A DNA stretch of 42,273 nt. Origin: a virus. The position numbers were made by a program, and so were the translations under genes. The DNA is taken from IMG/VR virus record IMGVR_UViG_3300045988_002998. One strand, written 5' to 3'. The notes under the pieces are model-generated. The model made no database searches and was not told where the DNA came from. It worked only from the letters and a program-made list of their open reading frames with translations. This document shows, piece by piece, positions 1 through 9,323 of the stretch (the first letter of the stretch is position 1; every line of letters begins with the position of its first letter).

Positions 1-89
1 GGCACTACAAGAACCACCATGAAGAAGCCCATCATCACGCAGAGCTTTGACCCGTGCGAGCTGGACGCAGGCGACGCGGCGCTTGTCAA
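1..89. repeat. Terminal direct repeat, copy 1 (identical to 42185..42273); circular-assembly overlap
   Basis: Base-by-base identity of ggcactacaagaaccaccatgaagaagccc...gcgacgcggcgcttgtcaa at both window ends (89 bp). Confidence 0.95.
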
Positions 90-360
90 GCTGTGGAACC
101 TGGCTGTCAAAGACCAGGATGCAGCAGCACTGGCGAATCAGGACGTTCTTATCGTTCATTTTTACGCAGGCACGGCCAAGACGGCAGTCTTTGCGGAGCG
201 TTACGACGGCACAATGGTCAAGCCCGCAAGCCTCGGCGGTGAGGGTGGCGGCTTTGTCGGCATGCCGTTCGACGTGACGCTTGGCGGCACGCGCACGACC
301 GGCACGGCTTCGGTCGGCAGCAACGGTGCAGTTACGTTCACGGCTGATTCTGCGGCGTAA
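1..360 (+). CDS. Major tail protein, C-terminal part (continues the ORF starting at 42011)
   Basis: Open from base 1 in the frame of track ORF 19..360. The 89-bp overlap puts it in frame with ATG 42011 (joined product 177 aa, MADMTFNTTAGQ...FTADSAA). It lies between tail-completion genes and tail chaperones. Confidence 0.75.
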   Translation, partial: GTTRTTMKKPIITQSFDPCELDAGDAALVKLWNLAVKDQDAAALANQDVLIVHFYAGTAKTAVFAERYDGTMVKPASLGGEGGGFVGMPFDVTLGGTRTTGTASVGSNGAVTFTADSAA

Positions 361-373
361 GGAGGGACGCTAA

Positions 374-799
374 ATGGCAGATATCAGATTTGATACTGGT
401 GTACAGTCCTTCCAAATTAACGGCGGCGTGAGTGTAGAGTTCAACCCTACGGACAGCGAATTTGCGAAAAAGCTGTTTTCGCTGTTCGAAGAGTTGGAAT
501 CCAGACAGCATGAATACGCAAAACGCGCCGAAAACGAGACAGACCCGAAAAAAATTCTCGACTTGGCAGATCAGTTCGACACGGAGATTCGCGAAAAAAT
601 CGACGGAATTTTTGGAAAGCCGATTTGTGCTGAAGTATTTAGGACAAACGTAATGGCGCTTGCGAATGGTCTGCCGGTATGGGCGAATCTTATGCTTGCT
701 GTCATTGACGAGATGGACGCTGGCTTCGATCTCGAAAAAACCAGACTGAGCCCAAGAGTAAAACAGTATACGGACAGATGGGCGAAAAGAAAGCGCTGA
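374..799 (+). CDS. Tail assembly chaperone (gpG-like)
   Basis: 141 aa, directly after the major tail gene and before the tape measure; RBS GGAGGG upstream of the ATG; canonical gpG position. Confidence 0.6.
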   Translation: MADIRFDTGVQSFQINGGVSVEFNPTDSEFAKKLFSLFEELESRQHEYAKRAENETDPKKILDLADQFDTEIREKIDGIFGKPICAEVFRTNVMALANGLPVWANLMLAVIDEMDAGFDLEKTRLSPRVKQYTDRWAKRKR

Positions 800-1353
800 T
801 CTACGCGCTCCCGACGTCAGCCGAGGTAAACGGCAAAACATATCAGATCGAATCAGATTATAGAGCGGTGCTGGATATCCTCGCCGCTCTTTCTGATAAA
901 GATTTGACGGAAGAGGAGCGCACCATTGCTGCCCTTGAAATATTCTACCCTGACTTTGACGATATTCCGCTTTCAGATTATGAAGAAGCACTGCGGAAAT
1001 GTTTCAGGTTTATTGACCACGAGCAAGACCAAAAGGAGCAAAAAAAGCAGCCGACGTTGATGTCGTGGGAGCAGGACTTTGAGATGATTGTCGCACCCAT
1101 CAACAGAATTGCAGGCTGTGAAATCCGTGCATTAGAATATCTGCACTGGTATACGTTTTTATCCTATTATCAGGAAATTGGAGACTGCCTGTTTGCCCAT
1201 GTGGTAAGTATCCGGGACAAGAAATCTCGCGGGAAGCCTCTTGACAAGCAGGAACGAGAGTTCTACAGGCGAAACCGTGAAATTATTGATTTGAAAACAA
1301 ATTACACAGACGCAGAAAAAGATATTCTGGCAGCGTGGGGCATCTCAAAATAA
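778..1353 (+). CDS. Tail assembly chaperone gpT-like / Phage_Gp15-like protein
   Basis: 191 aa; overlaps the upstream ORF by 22 nt in the -1 frame; has its own ATG; sequence YALPTSAEVNGKTYQIESDYRAVLDIL resembles the Gp15 family by recall. Confidence 0.55.
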   Translation: MGEKKALIYALPTSAEVNGKTYQIESDYRAVLDILAALSDKDLTEEERTIAALEIFYPDFDDIPLSDYEEALRKCFRFIDHEQDQKEQKKQPTLMSWEQDFEMIVAPINRIAGCEIRALEYLHWYTFLSYYQEIGDCLFAHVVSIRDKKSRGKPLDKQEREFYRRNREIIDLKTNYTDAEKDILAAWGISK

Positions 1354-1365
1354 GGTGGTGAGAAA

Positions 1366-3648
1366 ATGGCAGATGGGAAAATCGTTGTGCAGGCGGAAGT
1401 TGATGCAAAAAAAGCACAACGGGAGCTTGATAAACTTACGGCAAGAATCGACAAGCTGGAAACCGATTTGAAAAAGAGCAGTGGCGAGCAAAGCGGGATC
1501 AAGGCACAGCTTGACGCGGCAAAGGAATCCGCAAAACAGGCAGAAACTGCGTTGAAATCGTTGCGCGCTGAATCCGAGCGACTGCGGCAGGTCACATCCG
1601 GCGAGGTGGCTGCATCGCCTGATGCGTATATTTCTGCATACAGTCGGCAATCCGAAGTCGCTGCACAGATTAAGGAACAGGAAGCGCTTCTGAAAGAGCA
1701 AGACAAGATCGTTGAGAGCTTGGACGGCAAGTACGCAAAAATTACGGACAAGGTAATGGAGCAGACCTCCGCGCTGGACGCGGCGAAGACACGCGCAGGA
1801 GAGCTTACGCAAGAGATTACAAATGCAAGCGGCGCGTCCGAACGAATGGAGCTTGCCGCAAAAAAAGTTTCCGACAGCATGAACACGTTCAGCAAGCGTG
1901 TTTCCGGGCTTTTTAAGCGGGTCCTTGTATTCTCTCTGATTACTAGAGCGCTGCAAAGCCTGCGGACATGGCTCGGGAAAACAATCATGCAGAACGAGGA
2001 GGCGCGTGCAGCGGTTGCGCGGCTTAAGGCGGCGTTTTTGACGCTGGCTCAGCCGATTCTTCAAGTCGTGATTCCCGTTTTCGTGAAGCTTGTGGACATT
2101 CTGACGCAGGTTGTTACAGCTATCGCAAAGTTCTTCGGAATGCTGTCCGGCAAAAGCTGGGGCGCGCAGGTCGCAGCGGCAAAAGGGCTGAATGCGGAAA
2201 AAGAAGCAATCGAGGGGGTAGGCTCCGCAGCTGAAGACGCCAGCAAGAGCATGGCGAGCTTCGACGAGATCAACCAGATTACCAGCAATCAGGCATCTGG
2301 AGGCGGTGGCGGCGCAGGCGGGGCGGCGTCTACGGATATCGCGCCGGATTTCTCAAACCTCGACATGGCGGAGGATAAACTGCACGATATTCTCGGCCTA
2401 GTAGGTGCGATTGCAGCCGGGCTGCTCGCTTGGAAAATTGCGAGCTTGTTCACGAACGACCTGAGCAAGATTTGGGGTATCGCCCTTGCTGTTGCCGGTG
2501 CGTTTGCGCTTGTATACTTCTGGCTGGATGCTTGGAATAATGGGATTGATTTACAAAACTTCCTCGGGATGCTGGCAGGTCTTGCCGCGCTTGCAGTTGG
2601 GCTTGCAATCGCCTTCGGACCAATCGCAGCAGGAATTGCGCTTGTTGTAGGCGGTCTTGCCATGCTGGTTGTCGGTATCAAAGACGTTATCGAAAACGGC
2701 TTTAATTTGGTGAATACGCTTACGATCATCGCAGGGCTGCTTGCCGCTGGTATCGGAATTTCGCTTCTGACGGGCAGCTGGATTCCACTCCTGATTGCGG
2801 GATTTGTTGCCGCTCTGGTTGCACTTGTTTCCTTTACCGGACATGGCGAAGAACTAATCGAAGGCCTGAAAAATATCATAGACGGATTCGGGAAATTCTT
2901 CAAGGGTGTGTTTACGGGAGACTTAAAGCTTGCAGCAGAAGGCGCGAAACAAATTTGGGAAGGGCTTAAGCAGACGTGGAATGCCATCATAAACTCCATC
3001 AAATATGCATGGGATATGTTCATTGCATGGTTACAATCAAAAAGCCCCATGCTCGCGGCGATTTTCCAGACATACGGAAACTTTATATCCGGCCTCTTCA
3101 ACAGTATAAAGCAGTGGCTAAGCGGAATCATCGAGTTTATCAGCGGCGTTTTTACCGGAGACTGGACAAAGGCGTGGGAAGGCGTAAAGGATATATTTAA
3201 GGGAATCTGGAATGGAATCATTACCGCTGTTGAATATGCGATAAACTTTATCATCAACGGTATAAACCTCCTAATCTCCGCGCTGAATACCATTCATTTC
3301 GAGGTCCCTGATTGGGTTCCTCTAATTGGCGGTAGTTCTTTCGGAATTAGCATTCCCCTAGTGAGCAACGTTGCGCTGCCTCGTCTCGCGCAGGGCGCAG
3401 TCATTCCCCCGAACCGCGAATTTCTCGCCGTTCTCGGTGACCAGAAGAGCGGGACGAATATTGAGACGCCGCTGGCAACGATGGTGCAGGCCTTTAAGCA
3501 GGCCATGAACGATACCGGAGGCATGGGCGGCAGGCAGATCACGGTTGTTATGCAGCTCGACCACAGAGAACTTGGCCGCGCGGTGTATAACCTTAACAAC
3601 GAGGAAACACAGCGCGTCGGCGTAAAGCTTGCGGGGGTGAAGGCATGA
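1366..3648 (+). CDS. Tape measure protein
   Basis: 760 aa, the largest ORF. N-terminal coiled coil (KKAQRELDKLTARIDKLETDLKK), long Gly/Ala/Leu/Ile-rich hydrophobic core. Position between chaperones and baseplate genes. Confidence 0.9.
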   Translation: MADGKIVVQAEVDAKKAQRELDKLTARIDKLETDLKKSSGEQSGIKAQLDAAKESAKQAETALKSLRAESERLRQVTSGEVAASPDAYISAYSRQSEVAAQIKEQEALLKEQDKIVESLDGKYAKITDKVMEQTSALDAAKTRAGELTQEITNASGASERMELAAKKVSDSMNTFSKRVSGLFKRVLVFSLITRALQSLRTWLGKTIMQNEEARAAVARLKAAFLTLAQPILQVVIPVFVKLVDILTQVVTAIAKFFGMLSGKSWGAQVAAAKGLNAEKEAIEGVGSAAEDASKSMASFDEINQITSNQASGGGGGAGGAASTDIAPDFSNLDMAEDKLHDILGLVGAIAAGLLAWKIASLFTNDLSKIWGIALAVAGAFALVYFWLDAWNNGIDLQNFLGMLAGLAALAVGLAIAFGPIAAGIALVVGGLAMLVVGIKDVIENGFNLVNTLTIIAGLLAAGIGISLLTGSWIPLLIAGFVAALVALVSFTGHGEELIEGLKNIIDGFGKFFKGVFTGDLKLAAEGAKQIWEGLKQTWNAIINSIKYAWDMFIAWLQSKSPMLAAIFQTYGNFISGLFNSIKQWLSGIIEFISGVFTGDWTKAWEGVKDIFKGIWNGIITAVEYAINFIINGINLLISALNTIHFEVPDWVPLIGGSSFGISIPLVSNVALPRLAQGAVIPPNREFLAVLGDQKSGTNIETPLATMVQAFKQAMNDTGGMGGRQITVVMQLDHRELGRAVYNLNNEETQRVGVKLAGVKA

Positions 3649-4037
3649 CAAGCATTTTGAGCCTTGACGGCAAGGAGTATCCGAATCTGCATGTTGTGAG
3701 CCTAAAGCGTTCGTTTGCCGTCCTCGACGGCGACAACGCAGGCCGCGTTATGACTGGCGCAATGACCCGTGACATCATCGGCACGTACTACAATTACAGC
3801 ATGGAGATCGATCCAGTATCGTCAGATCTGGCCGAGTATGACGAGTTTTACGAAGCCATTTCCGCTCCGGTAGACAGCCATGTACTGACCGTGCCATACG
3901 CGCAGGGAACCGCGACCTTTGACGCATACGTCGCAAACGGCGAGGACGAGCTTGTATCTAAGCATGGTAGCCGCAATGATTGGCAGAACCTCGCGATTAA
4001 TTTTGTCGCCATGAAGCCCAAGAGGACGCCAGTATGA
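3645..4037 (+). CDS. Putative distal tail protein (short, Dit-like)
   Basis: 130 aa; ATGA overlap with the tape measure stop; position only. Confidence 0.4.
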   Translation: MTSILSLDGKEYPNLHVVSLKRSFAVLDGDNAGRVMTGAMTRDIIGTYYNYSMEIDPVSSDLAEYDEFYEAISAPVDSHVLTVPYAQGTATFDAYVANGEDELVSKHGSRNDWQNLAINFVAMKPKRTPV

Positions 4038-5497
4038 GTGTAAAAGTTGTTTACGAGGACGTCGCAGTCGGCGCAGCTGACGCCGCGACCGTTGCGAGCA
4101 GCGACGCAAATGCATTTTCCATCATCCAAGATCTGCCGCACGGAACAAACCAGCTGTTAATCGAAACGAACGAGCTGAACCAGTGGATATTGGACGGCTC
4201 CCGGAAGATCCGCACGGCGGAGACTGCGGCGTTCTGGTCGGCGGAGCAGAGCAAGGCGGACTGCACCTTCGATACAAACCCGACGATTACTGTCACGCTG
4301 GACGGTGTATTCGCGTCCTCCGGCATCTTCTTTAACTTCGACGGCGGAGCAGGCGATTATTGCAGTGAGCTGACGCTCACGTGGTATAACGGTAATACGG
4401 TTGCGGCGACGCAGCAGTTCACGCCGGACGCGCAGAAATACTTCTGTGCAAAGCCTGTATCGGCATATAGCAAGCTGGTAATTGAGATTACGAAGACAAG
4501 TTTGCCGTACCGGTACGCGAAGATTCGCCAGATCTTTTTTGGCATCGTTCGCGAGTTTGAACGGGCGGATCTGCGAAGCGTCAGTGTGACGGAGGGTATC
4601 AGCGTGATCTCGGACGACGTTGAAATCAACACGCTTGATTTCACGCTAGACGATTCCGATGATATCGAATTTATTTTCCAAGAGAAGCAGCCAGTAAGTG
4701 CCTATGACGGAAGCAATCTGATCGGCGTGTTTTACATCAAGAGTTCGTCCCGGTCGAGCGCTCGCCTGTACGACGTTTCGTGCCATGATGCGCTCGGCGT
4801 CCTCGACGACGAGCCGTTTTCCGCTGCAATCTACAGCGGCAAGAACGCAAAGGATCTGATCACAAGCATTCTCGGCGGGCACTTTTTGCTCGATATGGAC
4901 GAGCGCCTGCAGGCCGAGACCGTCACAGGCTATATTCCGGACTGCACCTCTCGCGAAGCCTTGCAGCAGATCGCGTTTGCGCTCTGTGCAACTGTAGATA
5001 CAAGCGGCAGCCGTGGGATCTGCGTGCGTAAGTTGCCTACGGATACGGCAACAGAGATCCCACTTGACCGGCTCTATACGGGCGGAAGTGTAGATACCTC
5101 CGCGATTGTGACAGAGGTGCGCATCACGGCGCACAGCTATTCCACGTCTGGCAGTGGCGACAGCGTGACTGTTGGCGGCAAGACTTACTACCACACGACA
5201 GCAGTCACGGCAAAAACCAATCCGGACGTCACCACCAGCACAAAACCGAACGTCATTGAGGTCAAGGACGCGACGCTGGTAAACCCCAGCAACGTCGCCA
5301 CCGTGGCGCAGCACGTCTACGACTATTACATGCGCCGCCAGACGCACAGCGTGAAGATTGTTATGAAAGGCGAAGTTCCGGGCGATTACGTCGAGACCAC
5401 AACGCCGTGGGGGACGAAGATCACCGGCACGATCACCAGCATGAACATCCGATTGAGCGGGATTGCAGCAGCAGATTCCGAAATCGTAGGCGTATAA
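4034..5497 (+). CDS. Tail-associated / baseplate hub protein (Tal-like)
   Basis: 487 aa; translationally coupled (ATGA) to the upstream gene; position after TMP/Dit. Confidence 0.5.
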   Translation: MSVKVVYEDVAVGAADAATVASSDANAFSIIQDLPHGTNQLLIETNELNQWILDGSRKIRTAETAAFWSAEQSKADCTFDTNPTITVTLDGVFASSGIFFNFDGGAGDYCSELTLTWYNGNTVAATQQFTPDAQKYFCAKPVSAYSKLVIEITKTSLPYRYAKIRQIFFGIVREFERADLRSVSVTEGISVISDDVEINTLDFTLDDSDDIEFIFQEKQPVSAYDGSNLIGVFYIKSSSRSSARLYDVSCHDALGVLDDEPFSAAIYSGKNAKDLITSILGGHFLLDMDERLQAETVTGYIPDCTSREALQQIAFALCATVDTSGSRGICVRKLPTDTATEIPLDRLYTGGSVDTSAIVTEVRITAHSYSTSGSGDSVTVGGKTYYHTTAVTAKTNPDVTTSTKPNVIEVKDATLVNPSNVATVAQHVYDYYMRRQTHSVKIVMKGEVPGDYVETTTPWGTKITGTITSMNIRLSGIAAADSEIVGV

Positions 5498-5508
5498 AGG
5501 AGAAACAA

Positions 5509-7392
5509 GTGTTTACAGTTTTATGTAAAAAAGCGTGCGCGGAAACCGGATGCCACAGGCCGCTGCTGACAGCAGGCATGGCAAATGCGGAAACAATTGA
5601 ATTTAATTTCAGCGCCGACTGGGACACCCTCACCAAAACCGCCGTCTTTACCGACGGCAAAGTCACAGTCGACGTCTTACAGTCGCGCTGGCTCACGGGG
5701 AATACCGTCAACATCCCCGCCGAAGTCCTCGCTACGGCCGGCCGGAGTGTCCGCGTCGGCGTCTACGGCGCGAACGCGGACGGGCTGATATTGCCGACAG
5801 TGTGGGTAACGCTCGGCAAAGTCATGCCGGCGGCAGAGCCGTCCGGAGATCCGGGGGCAGACCCGACGCTGCCGATCTGGGCGCAGCTGCAAAACCAGAT
5901 CGGCGATCTGGACGATCTCACCACCAAAGCCAAAAACAATCTCGTCGCCGCGATCAACGAAGCGGCGAAAACCGGCAGCGGCGGCGCTGGCTCCATCGAT
6001 CTGCGCACCGCAGACGGCTACATCCAGTATTCCAACGACGGCGGCGCGACGTGGGAAAACCTGATCGCCCTCGCTGACCTCAAAGGCGAGAAGGGCGACA
6101 CCGGCGCAACTGGCCCGCAGGGGCAGCAGGGGCCAGCGGGGAAGACGCCGGTCAAGGGGACGGACTATTTTACGGAAGCCGACAAGCAGGAGATCGCGGA
6201 AGACGCGGCTGCGATGGTCGATCTGAGCGGGAAGCAGGACAAGATCAAGGCGAGCGGCCTGCTGAAGGGCGACGGCGCGGGCGGTGTCGAGACAGCGATG
6301 CCCGGCACGGATTATCTGATGGAAGCACCCGTCACGTCTGTCAACGGCGCGACCGGCGCAGTGAAAGGCACATTTTATGTGACAGTGACGCAAGGACACA
6401 ATGCTAGCGTAACCGCCGACAAAACGGCTGAGGAAGTGTATGCAGCCTATGTGGCAGGGTATGCGGTGTATGCAATTGTAAAATTCGCAGGAGCTATAGT
6501 ACCATACACACTTCCACTTCTGGCTGCGGCAAGTGTTTCCGGGACGGTAGTGCTCGGATTTGCAACGGTTGGATCAAGCAATGAGAATGACAACCCACAG
6601 TTTTTGATCGTGCTATACAACGGGGCCGCTTGGTCGGCATGGATCGACACGCTGGCAAGAAGCAGGGATATCCCAAAGATTCCGACGGAACTCAAAAATC
6701 CCTATTCACTCGTCATCAAAATCGGGAACGAGATGACGTCCTACGATGGAAGCGCGGCGAAAACAGTGGAAATCCCGGAGGGCGGCGGTACGGACGAATC
6801 GCTCGGTATTACCGGCGCTTCGGCTGGGAAAATCCCAAAAATCAAGGCGGTTGATGCGGCCGGAAAGCCAACGCAGTGGGAGGCAACGGCACTTCCAGAT
6901 GAAGCGTTTATTGTACACTTCACACTAGAGCGTCCACTCGTAGGGAACCCCACTATTACATCAGACAGAACACTAGAAGAGGTTACTGCCGCGATAGCGG
7001 CCAAAAAACAAGTCATAGCATTATTAGACGAAAACAATACAATAATTCAACTTTACAGCATTGCCAGTTCTATTAACTACCTGTATTTTTACACCATAAA
7101 AAAACAGGGAGCTGTAGTCGGAATAGGATGGCAGATTGATATTGACATGGAGGGTGGAAAAACCTCTACATTAACGACTATGGCCCCTTGGAATTTTATA
7201 GGATACAATGGCGTATCAGGTTCCAATCAAATCTTTGGCACAGGAGATACTGGTGGTTATGAATTTAAGCAACACATTCTGTTTGATAATCTGCCAGAAG
7301 TCACTACCTCCGACAACGGCAAATTCATGCGTGTGGTCAACGGCGCATGGGCGGTGGAAACGGTCGAGAATGCGAATGGAGGTAGCTTCTGA
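5509..7392 (+). CDS. Tail fibre protein with collagen-like stretch
   Basis: The track ORF opens at 5407, but AAGGAG (5498..5503) sits 5 nt before GTG 5509, right after the upstream stop. Contains GEKGDTGATGPQGQQGPAGKT. Confidence 0.65.
   Translation: MFTVLCKKACAETGCHRPLLTAGMANAETIEFNFSADWDTLTKTAVFTDGKVTVDVLQSRWLTGNTVNIPAEVLATAGRSVRVGVYGANADGLILPTVWVTLGKVMPAAEPSGDPGADPTLPIWAQLQNQIGDLDDLTTKAKNNLVAAINEAAKTGSGGAGSIDLRTADGYIQYSNDGGATWENLIALADLKGEKGDTGATGPQGQQGPAGKTPVKGTDYFTEADKQEIAEDAAAMVDLSGKQDKIKASGLLKGDGAGGVETAMPGTDYLMEAPVTSVNGATGAVKGTFYVTVTQGHNASVTADKTAEEVYAAYVAGYAVYAIVKFAGAIVPYTLPLLAAASVSGTVVLGFATVGSSNENDNPQFLIVLYNGAAWSAWIDTLARSRDIPKIPTELKNPYSLVIKIGNEMTSYDGSAAKTVEIPEGGGTDESLGITGASAGKIPKIKAVDAAGKPTQWEATALPDEAFIVHFTLERPLVGNPTITSDRTLEEVTAAIAAKKQVIALLDENNTIIQLYSIASSINYLYFYTIKKQGAVVGIGWQIDIDMEGGKTSTLTTMAPWNFIGYNGVSGSNQIFGTGDTGGYEFKQHILFDNLPEVTTSDNGKFMRVVNGAWAVETVENANGGSF
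6085..6147 (+). repeat. Collagen-like Gly-X-Y x7 coding repeat inside the fibre gene
   Basis: ggc gag aag ggc gac acc ggc gca act ggc ccg cag ggg cag cag ggg cca gcg ggg aag acg, read in frame. Confidence 0.85.
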
Positions 7393-9323
7393 TGGCTGAA
7401 TATCTGACAAACACGGCTGACCTGACGGCGGTTGCCGACGCGATCCGCGCGAAGGGCGGCACGGATGCGCAGCTGGTGTATCCGTCCGGGTTTGTGTCGG
7501 CCATTCAGGCAATCGAGACTGATGCTGTGGAAGCCTTGGAATGGCACCAATGCCCAGAGCTGGTGCGGAACTACCTCGCAAATGTGGTGTACGATCCTGC
7601 TGATTACAGCACATCGCAGATCGCATCCTATGCACCTGCGATGGCAGTTGTGAGCAATTACAAGCCCATCGGGCAGGAGGCGGGCGGTGTGACGCACTAC
7701 AACGAGGAGCCGTCCGCCCTCACGCCCTTTGCCGGAACGGACGCGGCGGGAACGCTCAAGCCGCTGGATGCGCTGCGGTGGATTCGCACGCGGAACAATT
7801 CCGCAGAAGCGTGGAATGTGCGCGATCTGGGAGGCTGGGCCTGCGATGGCGGAACAGTAAAATACGGGCTGCTGATTCGAGGCGGGCGTATCGCCGCTGC
7901 AGATCGGAATGTTCTAGTAGGCGAGCTAGGCGTGCAGCATGAGATCGATCTCAGAGGCAAAGAGGGCCGCGATCCGTCCGACGGTGACGTTGCAACAGAA
8001 TCCCCGCTTGGCAGCGATGTGTGGTTTACGATTGCTGATAAAGCAGCGTCCTACGCACTGGCGCCGGTTGCAACGTGGCAGCTCTATCTTCGCTGCGTGA
8101 TCGACGCAGTGACACACCGGGATCCGGTGTATTTTCATTGCACTGCAGGAGCTGATCGCACAGGCACACTTGCATGTGTGCTGGAAGGGATACTCGGCAT
8201 GAGCCAGAGCGATATCGATAAGGACTATGAGCTTACTACATTTTATTCCGGTTCGGGAACGGATGCACTCGCGCGGCGGAGAAATGAACCAGAGTGGACT
8301 GGACTTATCAATGCCATTAAGGCCGTTTCCGGCGAAACGTTCCGTGACAAATGCGTTCACTTCGCAGTTGGCGCATGCGGAATGACAATGGCGGACATCA
8401 ACGCCTACCGAGCGGCTATGACAAACGGAACGCCCGAGACGCTGCACTGGTATCAGACGATCACCAAAAATCTCACAGGATGCACGATAAGCAACGCCGC
8501 GTCCAAGGTGGATTACGGCGAGGCGTACACCGCGACACTCACACCGGAAAACGGAAAGACGCTGACCTCCGTTGTGATAAAAATGGGCGGCGTGGACATT
8601 ACATCCACGGCTTATTCGGCCGGCAGCGGTGCAATCAACATTGCCAAGGTAACGGGGGCAATTACGATCACTGCGGCGGCATCTGCACTGTCTGTGACTT
8701 ACACCATCACGCGGAATCTCACCAATTGCGCATCGTCCAACACGGCGAATACCATTGCCGAGGGTGCGGCCTACATCACGACGCTCTCGCCGACCGGTAC
8801 ATATAAAAAGCTCGGCGCGATCACTGTTACGATGGGCGGTACGGACATCTCCGCTTCGGCGGTTTCCGGCAGCACGATCACAATTGCCAACGTAACGGGT
8901 AACATTGTGATTACCTGCGCGGCGACGATCACGAACATCATCGATACAGTCGGAATTTCCGAAAATACGCGCTTGAGTGCAGCGAGTGGTGCCAATAAAG
9001 CGCAGACGGGGCATGCGGCTATCGGTGCGAACATGGACGCATCGAGCCTGATTCACCTGCACGCGGGAGATACGCTCCGCATCAAGGGTGTAAGCCTCCC
9101 CGCTGCAAATGACGGGACAAGTGTGGCAGTGAGGTACAGTGCAACGGCAACGTTTTTATCCGCGGGCTACATGCACAACGGGTATACGTGGAGTGAACTC
9201 AATTTTACAAGCAGCGGAGATATCGTCACGGTAACGTCAAATGCTGAACAGTACATCCGTTTGTCGCCGATCTGCACGGATGCGTCGGCGGTAATTGCGA
9301 CGATCAATGAGGAGATCGGCTGA
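7392..9323 (+). CDS. Tail fibre / receptor-binding protein with internal PTP-like (CX5R) phosphatase domain and two Ig-like repeats
   Basis: 643 aa. Fibre-type N-terminus (TADLTAVADAIRAKGGTDA). NVRDLGGW...EIDLRG and HCTAGADRTGT (8136..8165) match the Y_phosphatase3/PTP signature. Two ~77-aa repeats (approx 8457..8690 and 8700..8926). ATGA-type coupling on both sides. Confidence 0.65.
   Translation: MAEYLTNTADLTAVADAIRAKGGTDAQLVYPSGFVSAIQAIETDAVEALEWHQCPELVRNYLANVVYDPADYSTSQIASYAPAMAVVSNYKPIGQEAGGVTHYNEEPSALTPFAGTDAAGTLKPLDALRWIRTRNNSAEAWNVRDLGGWACDGGTVKYGLLIRGGRIAAADRNVLVGELGVQHEIDLRGKEGRDPSDGDVATESPLGSDVWFTIADKAASYALAPVATWQLYLRCVIDAVTHRDPVYFHCTAGADRTGTLACVLEGILGMSQSDIDKDYELTTFYSGSGTDALARRRNEPEWTGLINAIKAVSGETFRDKCVHFAVGACGMTMADINAYRAAMTNGTPETLHWYQTITKNLTGCTISNAASKVDYGEAYTATLTPENGKTLTSVVIKMGGVDITSTAYSAGSGAINIAKVTGAITITAAASALSVTYTITRNLTNCASSNTANTIAEGAAYITTLSPTGTYKKLGAITVTMGGTDISASAVSGSTITIANVTGNIVITCAATITNIIDTVGISENTRLSAASGANKAQTGHAAIGANMDASSLIHLHAGDTLRIKGVSLPAANDGTSVAVRYSATATFLSAGYMHNGYTWSELNFTSSGDIVTVTSNAEQYIRLSPICTDASAVIATINEEIG

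Noticed and set aside
2289-3293. Long antisense ORFs inside the tape measure, fibre, endolysin, portal and other genes (e.g. 2289..3293, 5677..6399, 7926..9062, 12498..13505, 35870..36961)
   Set aside because: They lie fully inside longer, well-supported sense genes, lack RBSs and give Ala/Pro/Arg/Ser-rich low-complexity translations.
5407-5508. N-terminal extension of the collagen-like fibre ORF (track start 5407)
   Set aside because: It overlaps the upstream gene by 91 nt and encodes a His/Arg-rich string (MGDEDHRHDHQHEHP...). AAGGAG plus GTG 5509 immediately after the upstream stop is the better start.
8457-8926. The two ~77-aa repeats in the fibre gene as a diversity-generating retroelement TR/VR pair
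   Set aside because: The repeats are diverged at the nucleotide level in all base classes, not adenine-specific. No reverse transcriptase gene is present.
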